The position numbers and the translations under genes were made by a program. A model generated the notes under the pieces. That model saw only the letters and a program-made list of their open reading frames with translations, searched no databases and was not told where the DNA came from. Positions 45,257 to 56,825 of a stretch of DNA of 64,000 nucleotides are shown one piece after another. Every line of letters begins with the position of its first letter. Position 1 is the first letter of the stretch. The DNA is from an uncultured Planctomycetota bacterium (GTDB lineage Bacteria; Planctomycetota; Planctomycetia; Isosphaerales; Isosphaeraceae): positions 288,001 to 352,000 of the forward strand of contig CAWJTV010000020.1 of the NCBI GenBank assembly GCA_963845755.1, given 5' to 3'.

Positions 45257-46126
45257 ATGGCCGGCAAGTTCGCTCGCGGAACGGGCGAGGGGAGCGCGGA
45301 GAAGACGTCGGTTCCATCCACGGCGTCGCCATGGCTGCCGCAAGGCCACTCGGGCCGTCGGTTCGTGATCGTTGCCGGGTTCACGGTCCTCGCGATCTGG
45401 GGAGTGTTGTTTCTCGTCTTTCGGGACTGGCGTGCGCGATACCGCGAACGCGCCGCCTACGGCGCAACCCAGGTTGTTCCGGCGATCGACCGCATCGCGG
45501 AGACCATCCCGCTCGACGTGGACCAGGCCGCCTGGCGCGACGCCGTCCGCCGAACCCACGACATGCTGCTGACCGTCACCTCCTCGAACCTGCTCGGCAC
45601 GGACAAGATGCGGGCCCTTCGCTCCGAGCTCGACCGGACGGTGAGCCGAGTTCAAGCCCATCCCGAGTCGGCCGTCGCTGAGTTAGCCGGCGTGTGGGAT
45701 GACATGGCCGAACGCGGGGAGTTCCTATTCAAAGATAGCCGATCTACTAGCGGCGATCGCCATACTCGACCGAAGATCCTCCCTTCCTACGGAGAATCAC
45801 GGGTCGTCTCGGCGCTGCGGCCCCTGGTCCGCTTCGCACCACCAGGTGTCGATTCGGCTGATTGGCGTGACGCCGTCAGCCGGACGGCTACGATGCTCCT
45901 GACGGTGGTCGACTCGAACTGGCTCAGCATGACCCAGAAGAAAGCCCTGCGGACCGATCTGGATCAAGCGGTCGCCAAGGCCATGGCAGATCCAGACTCG
46001 GCCGTCGAGGAAATGGCTCGGTTGTGGGACTCCGTTGCCGACCGGTACCGGTCGCCGCTCAAGAACAGCCGCTCCGGCGGCGACGACCGCTTCGCGCGAC
46101 CAAAGGTCCTGCCGCTTCGTGATTAG
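45257..46126 (+). CDS. Membrane-anchored hypothetical protein with two tandem ~110-aa helical repeats
   Basis: N-terminal TM; YG..VV…WRDAV.RT..MLLTV..SN…RPK.LP present twice. Confidence 0.75.
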   Translation: MAGKFARGTGEGSAEKTSVPSTASPWLPQGHSGRRFVIVAGFTVLAIWGVLFLVFRDWRARYRERAAYGATQVVPAIDRIAETIPLDVDQAAWRDAVRRTHDMLLTVTSSNLLGTDKMRALRSELDRTVSRVQAHPESAVAELAGVWDDMAERGEFLFKDSRSTSGDRHTRPKILPSYGESRVVSALRPLVRFAPPGVDSADWRDAVSRTATMLLTVVDSNWLSMTQKKALRTDLDQAVAKAMADPDSAVEEMARLWDSVADRYRSPLKNSRSGGDDRFARPKVLPLRD

Positions 46127-47046
46127 TCCCTGGTATCCGGCAGCTCCGCCCATCGCGCTTTCAACGTGTGGGCCAGGCTGAGGAATTCCTCGACGTTGAG
46201 CGACTCGGCCCGGAGCTGGCCGCTGAATCCCTGCGACTCGAGCCAGGCATCCACGTCGGTCTTGGTCCAGTGCTCGCGCCAGAGCCCGGCCAGCACGTGC
46301 CGGATGTATTTGCGGCGGTGGAGGAACACACGGCGGACGAGTTCGTGGAACCACGCGACGTCGCCGACCTCCGCGCGTTTGGCGGCGTTCGGCCGGATGG
46401 CGACGATCGCCGAGTTGACCTTGGGCCGGGGCCAGAAGACCGTCGGCGGCAGCGTACGAACGATCGTCACCTCCGCCAGGGCCTGGACTACGACCGAGAC
46501 CGCTCCATACGACGAGCTCGCGGGCGGGGCACACAACCGATCGGCCAGTTCGCGCTGGATCGTCACCACCATCAGGGCCGGACAGAGGTCGTGATGAATG
46601 AGCAGGTTCGCGATCACCGGGGTCGCGACGTGATAGGGTAGGTTTGCGACGAGCTTGAAACGTAGGCCGGACTCTGCGGCCAGTCCAGAACGTACGGCGT
46701 CGAGTACTTCGGGGCTCAGGGTGTGCTTCCCCTCCAGCGCATCGCGATGGAGCACGCGGACATTCGGCAGCCCGGCGACCGCCTCGGAGGTCAGCTTCAC
46801 CATGGCCGGGTCGACGTCCACCGCCACCACGGCGGCACCCCGCGAGGCCATCAGCGAGGTCAACGCACCCGTCCCCGACCCGACCTCGAGGATCACGTCA
46901 CCCGAGCCCACTTCGGCCGACTTCACGATCAATTCGTGAATGTTCAAGTCGATCAGGAAATTCTGACCCCACTGGCGCCTCGGAGAGATGCCGCGCCGGT
47001 CGAACAGGCTCCGGAGGTACGACTGCGTCTGTCGGATCGGTTGCAT
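46123..47046 (-). CDS. rsmA: 16S rRNA adenine dimethyltransferase
   Basis: GQNFLID, LEVGSGTGALT, VANLPY, FWPRPKVNSA. Confidence 0.95.
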   Translation of the reverse strand: MQPIRQTQSYLRSLFDRRGISPRRQWGQNFLIDLNIHELIVKSAEVGSGDVILEVGSGTGALTSLMASRGAAVVAVDVDPAMVKLTSEAVAGLPNVRVLHRDALEGKHTLSPEVLDAVRSGLAAESGLRFKLVANLPYHVATPVIANLLIHHDLCPALMVVTIQRELADRLCAPPASSSYGAVSVVVQALAEVTIVRTLPPTVFWPRPKVNSAIVAIRPNAAKRAEVGDVAWFHELVRRVFLHRRKYIRHVLAGLWREHWTKTDVDAWLESQGFSGQLRAESLNVEEFLSLAHTLKARWAELPDTRD

Positions 47047-47192
47047 GTGTAGGAGACGCTCAGAGCTTGTGAAAGGATCGGATTCAACATTCCGAATTCA
47101 CGATTCAAGAATCCCAAGTCTCCGATTCATCAGGCTTAACATCCAATCAGAAGCCTGAATTTGTGATTCTGAATCGACTCTTTCACCGCGGC

Positions 47193-47786
47193 TCAACTCG
47201 CCAGCAGCTTCTGCACGTGCTTGGCAAGGATATCGGTCTCGATATTCACCCGGTCTCCGGGATGGATGAGGCCCAGAGTGGTGACGGCGAGCGTATGGGG
47301 GATGAGCATGACCGAGAACCCGTAGTGCCGGGCCTCGACCAGGGTGAGGCTGACGCCGTCGATGGCGATCGAGCCTTTGGGGACCAGGAGTGGCGTCCAG
47401 TCCGGATCGATCACGAACGAGAGAAACTCCCACTCTCCCTCCGTGCGTCGTTCGCGGAGCGTGGCGGTCGTGTCGACGTGTCCCTGGACGAAATGCCCCC
47501 CGAGGCGGTCGCCGAACCGGAGTGCCCGTTCGAGGTTGACACGGTCGCCCGGCTTCTTGTCGCCGAGGTTCGTACGGGCCAGGGTTTCCGGACCGGCCTG
47601 GACCTCGAAACGATCGCCCTCGGCCGCGACGACCGTCAGGCAGCAACCGTTGATTGCCACGCTCTCACCGAGCGTCAAGGGGTCGGCGGCAGGGAGGTCC
47701 GGCCAGGAAATCGTGAAACGAAAGCCCGAGCCCTCGTTCTCGCACAACTCGACTCGGCCGAGGCATTCCACCAATCCCGTGAACAT
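47193..47786 (-). CDS. ribE: Riboflavin synthase
   Basis: MFTGLVE, GESVAINGCCLTV, VNLERAL…GGHFVQGHVD, KGSIAIDGVSLT, VNIETD. Confidence 0.96.
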   Translation of the reverse strand: MFTGLVECLGRVELCENEGSGFRFTISWPDLPAADPLTLGESVAINGCCLTVVAAEGDRFEVQAGPETLARTNLGDKKPGDRVNLERALRFGDRLGGHFVQGHVDTTATLRERRTEGEWEFLSFVIDPDWTPLLVPKGSIAIDGVSLTLVEARHYGFSVMLIPHTLAVTTLGLIHPGDRVNIETDILAKHVQKLLAS

Positions 47787-48026
47787 GCACCACCTCTCCC
47801 ATTCGACTGCACTTCCCGACCCGCTGGTCTATGGTAGCACAGGATCGGGCCGGTTAGAATCGCAGGGTACGTCGCCCGGTACCGCCGTGCGACGAACGCG
47901 AGTGAGACTCTAGCTTCTTTCGATCCAACCCGATCCGATCCGACGTCCTCTTGCGAAGCCGTCCCCGGGCGTACGGGGCGGGATGATCTGTTCCAGCGAC
48001 TCTGGCACCGGGGAGACCCTAGCGAG

Positions 48027-48939
48027 ATGAAACCTCCTCTGAATCGCCGCGACTTCATGGCACAGGCGACCGCCTCCGCGACGGTCGCACTGGCTGCGAG
48101 CACGACCGTGGCTTCTGCCGCGGCCGGCCGTGACCGTTCCGCGTTGCCCAAGAGCCCGGCCGACAAGGTCACGCTCGGCAAGACCGGCATCCAGGTCTCG
48201 CTGGTCGGGATGGGTACCGGCAGCATCGGCTCCGGCCAGGCCAGCAACCAGACCCGGCTCGGGGTCAAGGAATTCGGCCGGGTCGTTCGCCACGCCGTCG
48301 ACCACGGGGTCTGCCTGTTCGACGTGGCCGATCAGTACGGCTCGCACGTCTATCTCCGCGAGGCCCTCAAGGGTGTCCCTCGCGACCAGTACGTCATCCA
48401 GACCAAGACCCACGCGACCCGTTTCGCCGACGCCAAGAGCCACCTGGAACGCTACCGGCTGGAACTGGGTGTCGATTACATCGATATCGTCCTGCTGCAC
48501 TGCATGCAGAAGAACGCCTGGCAGCACGACCATACAGGCTCGATGGAATACCTCATGAAGGCCAAGGAGGAGAAGATCATCCGCGCCCATGGCACGAGCT
48601 GCCATGGAATGCCCCCCTTACGCACTTCCGCCAAGGAGCCCTTCGTCGAAGTCGACCTGGCGCGGATCAACCCGGAAGGGTTGAAAATGGACAACGAGCA
48701 AAAGCCCGACGAGGTGGCCTCGGTCCTCGAGGAGATGCACAACGCCGGCAAAGGGATCATCGGCATGAAGATCCTGGGCGAGGGGCAGATCAATACGCCC
48801 GAGCGGAAGGATGCGTCCTTGCGCTTCGTCCTGGGCCTTGGAACCGTTCAACGCGTTCATCATCGGTTTCGAGTCCACGGCTCAAATCGATGACATCCTC
48901 AAGCGCACCAGCGATGCCCTGGCGTTCCTCAAGGGTTGA
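48027..48939 (+). CDS. Tat-exported aldo/keto reductase, frameshift ~48850
   Basis: NRRDFM Tat motif; LGKTGIQVS..GMGT, FDVADQYG, IQTK, DYIDIVLLH; tail AFIIGFES in the next frame. Confidence 0.88.
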
Positions 48940-49380
48940 TCGCGATGGCCACGCACACCGTAGAGCGGCTCCCGACGGGCTCGGCGACGCAACGATCAAT
49001 GCAAGTCGCACGCAGCCTGTCGGGAAATCACCAGATCGGCCGGTGCGTTGAAGGTAGGTGGAGGCTGAGTGGGGATTTCGGTTGACGGGAGGTTCTCCGT
49101 GGCCAACCCTGGAATCGTCTGATAATGGGAGCGGGCAACTGCAAGGGGTTCTTGGCCACAATCAGGCCTGCGTGCTCTCCGTAGTGTGCTCTTTAGCACC
49201 AGAGATGGTGAGCACGGGGGATCGGTGCTCAACCGAGTACCCCACAGACCCATGTGCAACCCAAACTCAACCGTAATGGTTGCGTAGTCGCAAGGGTGTT
49301 GACCACCTGCGAACGTCATCGCCCCTTCGGTTCCGTCTCATCGCCAAGGCTGGTAAGTCAGTGAGACCGCGCCGCAACCT

Positions 49381-49563
49381 TCAGGGAGTCTCCGCCTCGG
49401 ACGGCTGCTCACCGTGATGCATCGCGTGCCAGGCGACACTCCGCGGGACCGGATGCGAGTCCTTTGCCGACACATAACTCGCAAGTTGAGGCGTGAAATA
49501 GACCACCGCAGCGACAATCAAGATCATCGCTAACCAGACCAGCATGTCCCCGATTTGCCTCAT
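49381..49563 (-). CDS. Small single-TM protein (60 aa)
   Basis: GAGGAGG RBS; hydrophobic LVWLAMILIVAAVVYF. Confidence 0.55.
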   Translation of the reverse strand: MRQIGDMLVWLAMILIVAAVVYFTPQLASYVSAKDSHPVPRSVAWHAMHHGEQPSEAETP

Positions 49564-50108
49564 GACGGATTGCCTCCTCGACTGTTCTTCTCGCGAAGCC
49601 CGCGTTCGTTTCGCTTACAGGTTGAAACGCCTCAAGCGCGCTTCGCTCGACGTTCGCACCGAACAATCATCACTCTCATCCCCCATCATTCCCATCTCAA
49701 CCCGATTTGCGACGATCGCACCACCCATCCATGATGAAGGATTATGGAATCGCTTCCGCAAAACGGGCAGACGTCCATAACGATTCAGGCTGACACCAAG
49801 CTCTATCAGTAGATTCGATGTCATCCCGCACAGCGTTCTGAATTTTTTGGGAAAAATCACTGGCCGGATGGCCCCGCGCTGCTCCTGAGGAACACGAGAG
49901 GCTCTGTGGGAACACTAGATGATTTTGCGGTTTTTGTCTGCGACAAATTCACGCATTATCTGGACCAATTTTAGATTCCGAATCGCGACATACGTTGTGA
50001 AAAGAGAACACAGCGCATGGAGAGTGAGGAAAAGACCACCAAGGATGGAGTTTTGCTCAAAACTGACAAGAGGTTACGTCAGAACCAGGCTGGAAGAGGG
50101 TCAGCAAC

Positions 50109-53100
50109 ATGATGAAAAACAAGCTCGGTACCCATCGGTTCCACAATTGGATTCGAACTTCGCGTTTCCTGGGAGCTCTGTTCACTCTGATGGGTGGGGT
50201 ACATTCCATCGAGGCAGCCGAGTTCCAACTTGGCGGGCGGACGTTTCGCATCCCGGACGGGTTTGTGATCGAGCAGGTTGCCGGGCCACCGCTCGTCGAA
50301 CGACCGATCACGGCCGCATTCGACGAGATGGGGCGGCTGTATGTCGCCGACTCTTCCGGGTCCAACGAGCAGGTGCAGAAGCAGCTTCAGGAGAAGCCCC
50401 ACCGAATTCTACGCCTGGAGGATAGTAACCGTGACGGGAAATTTGAGAAGAGGACCGTATTCGCCGAAAGGATGATGTTCCCCGAGGGAACGATGTGGCA
50501 CGACGGATCGCTTTACGTAGCGGCTCCGCCGAGCATCTGGAAGCTGACCGACACCGACGGCGACGGCGTGGCCGATCAGCGAACCGAGTGGTTTCAGGGT
50601 AAGACGCTCAACGGCTGTGCGAACGACCTCCACGGCCCGTATCTCGGCCCCGACGGCTGGATCTACTGGTGCAAAGGGGCTTTTGAACGTCAGACGTACG
50701 AGCGCCCGGGCAAGACGCCCTTCGTCACCCGCGCGGCCCACATCTTCCGGTGCCGTCCGGATGGTAGCGGTATCGAACCGGTTATGAGCGGCGGCATGGA
50801 TAACCCCGTGGATGTCACGTTCACGGCTGGTGGCGAACGGATCTTTACAACGACATTCCTGATCAATCCCAGCGGAGGACAGCGCGACGGTCTCATCCAC
50901 GCAATTTACGGAGGCATTTATGGGAAGATCCACCCTCCCATATTCGAGCCCAGCCATCGATGGACCGGTCCCGAGGTCATGCCGGTTCTCCTTCACATGG
51001 GACCGGCCGCGCCCTGCGGATTGACCCGCTATGAGTCGGACGCCTTCGGCAAGGATTATCAGGACAACCTCTTCGCCTGCTACTTCAACCTCCACAAAGT
51101 CGGCCGGCACGTCCTTAAGCCTCAGGGGGCCACTTTTGCAACGCAGGACGAGGATTTCGTCACCAGTCCCGACCTCGACTTCCACCCGACCGACGTGATC
51201 GAGGATGCCGACGGCAGCTTGGTCATCGTCGATACGGGCGGCTGGTACAAGCTCTGCTGCCCAACCTCGCAGCTCCATAAGCCGGACGTGCTGGGGGCGA
51301 TTTATCGGGTCAGGCGGAAAGATGCGCCGAAAGTCGACGATCCGCGGGGGATGAAGCTGAGGCAGTACGGTCCGGCCCTGGGTACTGAGGATTTCCTCCC
51401 GTTACTCGAGGATCCCCGCCCGGCCGTGCAGCACTGGGCGATCGAATCGCTAGCGCGGACGGCGAACCTGGAATCGTGCGCGACCACGGAAAGCCAGCAG
51501 CGGATGGTTCTCACGGGACTCGAGAAGCGCCTGTGGCCGGAACCGTCGGTCCGGTTCCGGCGCAACGCCGTGTGGACCTACGCGCGGATCAACGATCCCG
51601 GGGCGCGATATCAGGTCCGCGAATTCCTCAAGGACCCCGACGAGACCGTCCGACAGTCCGCGATCCACGTGGCGGGCCTCTGGCGCGATCGCGAGGCGGC
51701 GGCCCGACTCATGGAGCTGCTCAAAGGCCCGTCGGCCCAGAACCGACGCGCGTCGGCCGAAGCGCTGGGAAGGATCGGCGACAAAGCCGCCGTGCCGGCG
51801 CTGACTAGAGGCCGCCGGATCGGCCAGCGATCGCATCACCGAGCACTCGATCACCTATGCGCTGATCGAGATCGCCGATCCCCAGAGGACGGCGGAGGGC
51901 TTGCAGGGCAAGAACGCTCGAGTTACCCGCGCGGCGATGGTCGCGCTCGATCAGATGGACGGCGGCTCGCTCGACCCGAGATTCGTCGCGGGCCTACTGG
52001 CGTCGAGTGATCCCGCACTCAAGGAGACGGCGTCGTGGATCGTCGGGCGGCACCGCGAGTGGGCCCAGGCGCTGGCTGGCGTCCTGGGCGATCGGCTGGA
52101 CCGGCCCGACCTCCCCGCGGCCGAGCGTACCGAGCTCGAACGACAACTGGGCCGGTTCGCGCAGGCGGCACCGATCCAGCAGGTCCTGGCCGCGCGCCTC
52201 CGCGATCCATCTGCTCCGCTGGCCGTGCGCCGGAGCTGCCTTCAGGCCATGGCCGGGGCGGACCTGCAGCTCAACGACCTGCCCGCCGCGTGGCTGGACG
52301 CGCTGACGGGCGTCCTCGAAGGCAAGCCCGCCGACGCACCCCTCGTCGCGCAGGCGGTCGCGACCCTGCGAACCCGGACTTCCTCCAAAGCCCGGCCTGG
52401 CGGCGTGTCCGCCTCCTTGCTACGAATCGCCGGCGACGCCAGGAATCCGGCTGAGCTCCGGCTCGACGCGATGGCCGCCATCCCCGGAGGACTGGCTAAT
52501 CCGCCTGAGAATTTATTCACGTTCTTGACCGGCAAGGTCGATCGCGACCAGTCCGTGGCCGCCCGGACGACGGCCGCCGACGTCCTGGCTCGGGCTCGGC
52601 TCGCGACCGAGCAGCTCTCCCGGCTGGCCGACTCCCTGCGGTCCTCAGGGCCAGTCGAGGTCGAGCGCCTACTCACCGCCTTCGAGCAATCGAGTGATGA
52701 GGCGATCGGCCTGAAGCTGGTCAAGATCCTCGGCGAATCCTCGGTCCTCACCAGCTTGAGGCCCGATGCACTCAAGGCTCACCTGTCGAAGTATGGACCG
52801 GCGGTTCAGAAATCGGCCGAGTCGCTTTACGCCCGTCTGAACGTCGACGCGGCCAAGCAGAAAGCCCAGCTCGAGCAGCTCCTGACCACCCTGTCGGCTG
52901 GCGATGTCCGGCGCGGCCAGCTCGTCTTCCATAGTGAGAAGGCCGCGTGTTTCTCCTGCCATGCCATCGGCTACCGTGGAGGAAACGTGGGACCCGACCT
53001 CACCCGGATCGGCTCGGTCCGCGCGGAGCGCGACCTACTGGAGGCCATCGTCTTTCCCAGCATCAGCTTCGTGCGCAGCTTCGAGCCGATTGCCGTGGCT

Positions 53101-53316
53101 ACCCAGGACGGCAAGGTATACAACGGACTGATCCGCGGCGAGACGGCCGACGAGCTCATCCTGGCCACCGGCGTCAACCAGGAAGCGCGGATCGCCCGAC
53201 GCGAGATCGAGGAGATGCGGCCCAGCACCGTCTCCGTCATGCCCGCCGGACTCGACCAGCAATTGACTCCCCAGGAACTTGCCGACCTCGTCGCGTTCCT
53301 GAAAGCCTGCCGATGA
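50109..53316 (+). CDS. PVC-type membrane-bound dehydrogenase / heme-binding CxxCH protein with HEAT repeats, frameshift ~51805
   Basis: Beta-propeller (DTDGDGVAD, GPDGWIY), HEAT region, C-terminal GDVRRG…CFSCH…VGPDLT…SVMPAGL…DLVAFL. Confidence 0.9.
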
Positions 53317-53451
53317 GTCCCGACGTGGGGACGAGGGACGAGTCAGAAACGACACCTGCCGCTCTCCGGTTTTCTCGCTTTGCTCGTCCCTCGCCCCATC
53401 CCCCCACAGGCTCCGCGCCGCTGGTCCCACACCCCGCGACTCGGCAAAGTT

Positions 53452-53467
53452 TGGCATTCCGCTTGCA
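53452..53467 (+). promoter_or_regulatory. Sigma-54 -24/-12 promoter motif upstream of EF-hand gene
   Basis: TGGCATTCCGCTTGCA (GG-N10-GC). Confidence 0.6.
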
Positions 53468-53596
53468 GGAGAGAGTCGCTCAACAGTGGCCAGGGATGTT
53501 TGGGGCCGGAAGGCGTGTTCCGGCCTGGAGGGCCGCTTGCGCCACACGCCAGGATGGAAGACGATCGATTGAGTCCGTTCAAAGGAGGCTGCGTTT

Positions 53597-54514
53597 ATGA
53601 AAAAGCGATTGCTAATGTGCGGAGCGCTCGCACTGGGGGTCGGTTTGTTGCCGGGCACGATTCGGGCCCAGACTCACCGAGGGGGCGATTTGCCCGGTCC
53701 GATCGACAGTATCGGCGACTTGCAGGACACCGCCAAGATGCTGTTCAAGCTGGCTGATACGAACAACGACGGCCAGATCTCTCAGAAAGAGGCGGTCGAT
53801 GTGGGTAACTTGCTGGTCGGCGGCTTTTTCTTCCGTGCCGACGCCAACGGCGATGGAATCTTGACGCCGGAAGAGGCGCGTACGGCCAGGGAGTCGTTGC
53901 TCCAGCAGCAGCCGTTATTGCGTTATGTGATGCAGAAGGCCCAGCCCCCCAATGCCAATGGTGCCCAGCCCGGCACGGTCGCGACATCTACCGCCGAGGG
54001 CGGCAATCCGATCGCGGCGATTGGTAAGATGCTGGATACCAATAACGACCAGAAGATCGAAGGGGCCGAGCTGCGCCAGGCCGTCCAGGGGGGTGTGCAA
54101 GTCCTGTTCTCGGTCGCCGACACCAATCAGGATGGGCAGTTGGTCCCGGCCGAGTTGAATCAGGCCGTCGCTGAGGCGGCGAAGACCGTCGTTCAAACCG
54201 CATTTCAGAAGGCCGACGATGACCATAACGGCGCCCTGAGCGTGGCGGAATTCGACAAGGCGCTGGCCGAACCAGCCCATGCGATCTTCCGCGTCCTCGA
54301 CGGCAACTCCGACAACCAGCTTTCGCTCCAAGAGCTCGAGAGGGCTCAGCAAATCATCGCCGCCCAGATCCAGCGGCTCCGCGTCCCGGAGGCGCAGAAC
54401 TCGATTCGAAATCAGATGCAGCACGGGAACACACCCAGTGCCGGACTTCCCGGCTCGATACCCGTGTCTCCGGCTCCGGTGACCCCGGCTCCGGTGGCCC
54501 CGGTCCGTCCGTGA
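53597..54514 (+). CDS. Secreted multi-EF-hand calcium-binding protein
   Basis: AGGAGG RBS; signal peptide; six DxNxDG-type loops (DTNNDGQIS, DANGDGILT, DTNNDQKIE, DTNQDGQLV, DDDHNGALS, DGNSDNQLS). Confidence 0.88.
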   Translation: MKKRLLMCGALALGVGLLPGTIRAQTHRGGDLPGPIDSIGDLQDTAKMLFKLADTNNDGQISQKEAVDVGNLLVGGFFFRADANGDGILTPEEARTARESLLQQQPLLRYVMQKAQPPNANGAQPGTVATSTAEGGNPIAAIGKMLDTNNDQKIEGAELRQAVQGGVQVLFSVADTNQDGQLVPAELNQAVAEAAKTVVQTAFQKADDDHNGALSVAEFDKALAEPAHAIFRVLDGNSDNQLSLQELERAQQIIAAQIQRLRVPEAQNSIRNQMQHGNTPSAGLPGSIPVSPAPVTPAPVAPVRP

Positions 54515-55018
54515 CCGGAATGAACCCGGCCTATCCCCGCCCGCGAGCCGAGGCGGTCCTCCGATCGGGAGGTCGCGCTTTGGTCGTGGGCCAATTCCTG
54601 CGCGAATCGGCTCCCAACTCCGCTCGAGCCCATCCGGATCGGGCGGGGAGGGACTTCTTCGTGTTGACGTATCATCCCCAGATCCCCGATCGAATGCTCC
54701 CCATGTGGCATCAGGGGACGATCTTGTCGCCACTTGCCGTATTGAGGGCGAGCGTGATGAAGAGATCGGACCGAGGCGGATAGCCACGAGCGAGCGAATG
54801 AAATGAGCGGCTCCTCCCAATGATACGCTGCGTACTCATGTCAATGTTATGAAGATTTGCAGGTAATGTGGTTCGATGTGATAACAGTCGCCAATAAGAT
54901 GGGGAAAGGCACCGAGTCGTCGAGGAGCGTTGGGTACTGTAAGCGTGGGATTCCTTTTCTTCTCCTATGGACGTACGCCCTTTCACCGAAGGCTCCCATA
55001 GAACTCCGCCAATAACAC

Positions 55019-55042
55019 GACCCGGGCTCGATGGCCCGGGTC
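55019..55042. terminator. Hairpin, likely terminator
   Basis: gacccgggc-tcgatg-gcccgggtc followed by tctttgt. Confidence 0.5.
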
Positions 55043-55093
55043 TCTTTGTGGTTGTCGAATATCGTGGTAGTTCGTCGGGCCTCGCAATTCCGC

Positions 55094-55462
55094 TCACGAT
55101 CGCTTCCAGGAGCTGGGCACGTACGAGGCCAGTGATTCGGGCACGTACTTTAGCCGCTCGGGCAAATGCCTGAGCTGATCGGGAAGGTCCTGGAGCGACT
55201 CGGGTGCATACCGTTCGAACCAGCCCGGCTCGCGCCTCGCCATCAGCAAGGTGACAAAGAGACCAAGTCCGAAGCCGATGCCAAAGCTGGTCATCACGCT
55301 GGAAGCAGGGTTCCGTGCGACGAATCCACGGACATGGCCCGACTCGTCCCAGGACTCGTCGGATTGATCATCGTACTCTGGGTCTGCGCGACCACCGGCA
55401 AACTGCTCGCCTCGGCCTTCCGACGGGCCAAGAAGGCGATGGGAGTGATTCCTCTTGGGCAT
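55094..55462 (-). CDS. Small membrane-anchored hypothetical protein
   Basis: AAGGAG RBS; RNPASSVMTSFGIGFGLGLFV TM; repeated PES/PDQ/PER units. Confidence 0.7.
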   Translation of the reverse strand: MPKRNHSHRLLGPSEGRGEQFAGGRADPEYDDQSDESWDESGHVRGFVARNPASSVMTSFGIGFGLGLFVTLLMARREPGWFERYAPESLQDLPDQLRHLPERLKYVPESLASYVPSSWKRS

Positions 55463-55528
55463 GTAAGGCTCCTTTGCCCTTCGGCAGACGGGTTCTGGTT
55501 GGAAGTCCAACGATCAGAGAGATTCTCG

Positions 55529-55544
55529 TGCAAAGATGGGGCCA
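55529..55544 (-). promoter_or_regulatory. Sigma-54 -24/-12 promoter motif
   Basis: Minus strand TGGCCCCATCTTTGCA (GG-N10-GC), ~67 nt upstream of ATG 55462. Confidence 0.5.
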
Positions 55545-55878
55545 ATCGTCCGGTGGAGTCCGTACACAGCGGGATCTGGGAAATCTGAGCGATTTGATCC
55601 CTTAATCATTCTGCCGGGTCATCGCGCCTGGTCGAGGTCTTCAGAGGAAGGGCTTATGAGATGCCCCGGATATAACGGCTCCGATCACAAGGACTTACAA
55701 CAGGACGGACCTTCCATCACCTCGCGATCATACGTCCTTTCGTAAGATACCGGGTATCGGCTGGCTGGCTTATGCCAAGGACACCGAAGAGAGTATATTT
55801 GGCATCGTGCAGGCTGACTCAGCGGCTCACTGACTCGACCGGCCCCGACGCGAGAGCGGCCACGAATCAGTACTTTCC

Positions 55879-56631
55879 TCAGAGCGATTCAAAGACCACG
55901 GCCGCGCTCTGCAGCGCCCAAGCTGTGACGTGGCAAGTGCGGCCCTGCCGATTTCCTAACAAGATTCGCTCTTCGGGCCGGGCGAAGATCCAGGTTCTCG
56001 AGAACTGGGTGCGACTTGTGTAATTTGGGGCGTCTTCGACCGTCCAGGCTCGGCTGAAGTCGTAGTATTTCCAGGGCTCGGCGTATGACGGATCTGACTT
56101 ATTGATTGCGTCGAACGACGGCTTCCAATTCAAGAATGCCATGATCTCGAAGTGATCGAGCTGGGTAAGGCTCGCTTGGTGATAGACCTTGTTGGCGTGC
56201 GCCGGAACGCCCATATCCTGGATCATGTGAAGGAGAACGCCGAGAAGAAAGTAGGCACGGGCTTTCTCGCCGGATCGATAAGCGTCACGGCAGTCGAGCC
56301 ACCACCCGGGGATGTCGTCGCAGCCCTCGTTCGTCCCCTTGTGCTCGACTCGTTTGGCGTCCAGGTCGACGCCGTATTTCCCCTCTTTGACTTTTCGCTC
56401 ATGCAGCTCCTGGTTGGCCCCCTCAACAAGCGGATTGCGGAATGTCTGGATCTCAGGGAACACATCCGCGAGGTGGTCGATGGCCCACCCGGTCAAGTAG
56501 CTGTGGGTGGAATGTGTGGGATTCACTCGGGCACTGTCCCATCCGAGAGCCGACAGACTGGCAACCGCCACGATGACCATGGTGGCCATGGCGGCCATGC
56601 TCGCGAACCCCTCGGCACAGACCTCGTTCAT
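55879..56631 (-). CDS. Zinc-dependent phospholipase C / P1-nuclease fold protein
   Basis: Signal followed by mature W…TH; LGVLLHMIQDMGVPAH; H.FE. Confidence 0.72.
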   Translation of the reverse strand: MNEVCAEGFASMAAMATMVIVAVASLSALGWDSARVNPTHSTHSYLTGWAIDHLADVFPEIQTFRNPLVEGANQELHERKVKEGKYGVDLDAKRVEHKGTNEGCDDIPGWWLDCRDAYRSGEKARAYFLLGVLLHMIQDMGVPAHANKVYHQASLTQLDHFEIMAFLNWKPSFDAINKSDPSYAEPWKYYDFSRAWTVEDAPNYTSRTQFSRTWIFARPEERILLGNRQGRTCHVTAWALQSAAVVFESL

Positions 56632-56825
56632 TGTCGGTTGCCTTCCGTTTCCGGACCAATGACGATTATCCTCAGTAGGATATCCCTTTGGGTCATCGGT
56701 TTCTATCGCGAACGACCGGGTTGGGCATCCGGAGTGAGGTCCTAGCATGCCGGTCCTCTCGCCGCGTGATAGAATGCCGGCTCGGAGGATAAGCCGATTC
56801 CACGACGTTTCCAGGAATCCCTCGC

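Noticed and set aside
45062..45661. 200-aa N-terminal extension of the OGT ORF
   Set aside because: It overlaps the real plus-strand gene; the TPR region starts at ATG 45061.
47102..47175. AT-rich imperfect inverted repeat between rsmA and ribE
   Set aside because: Low-complexity intergenic hairpin with no evidence of a distinct function.
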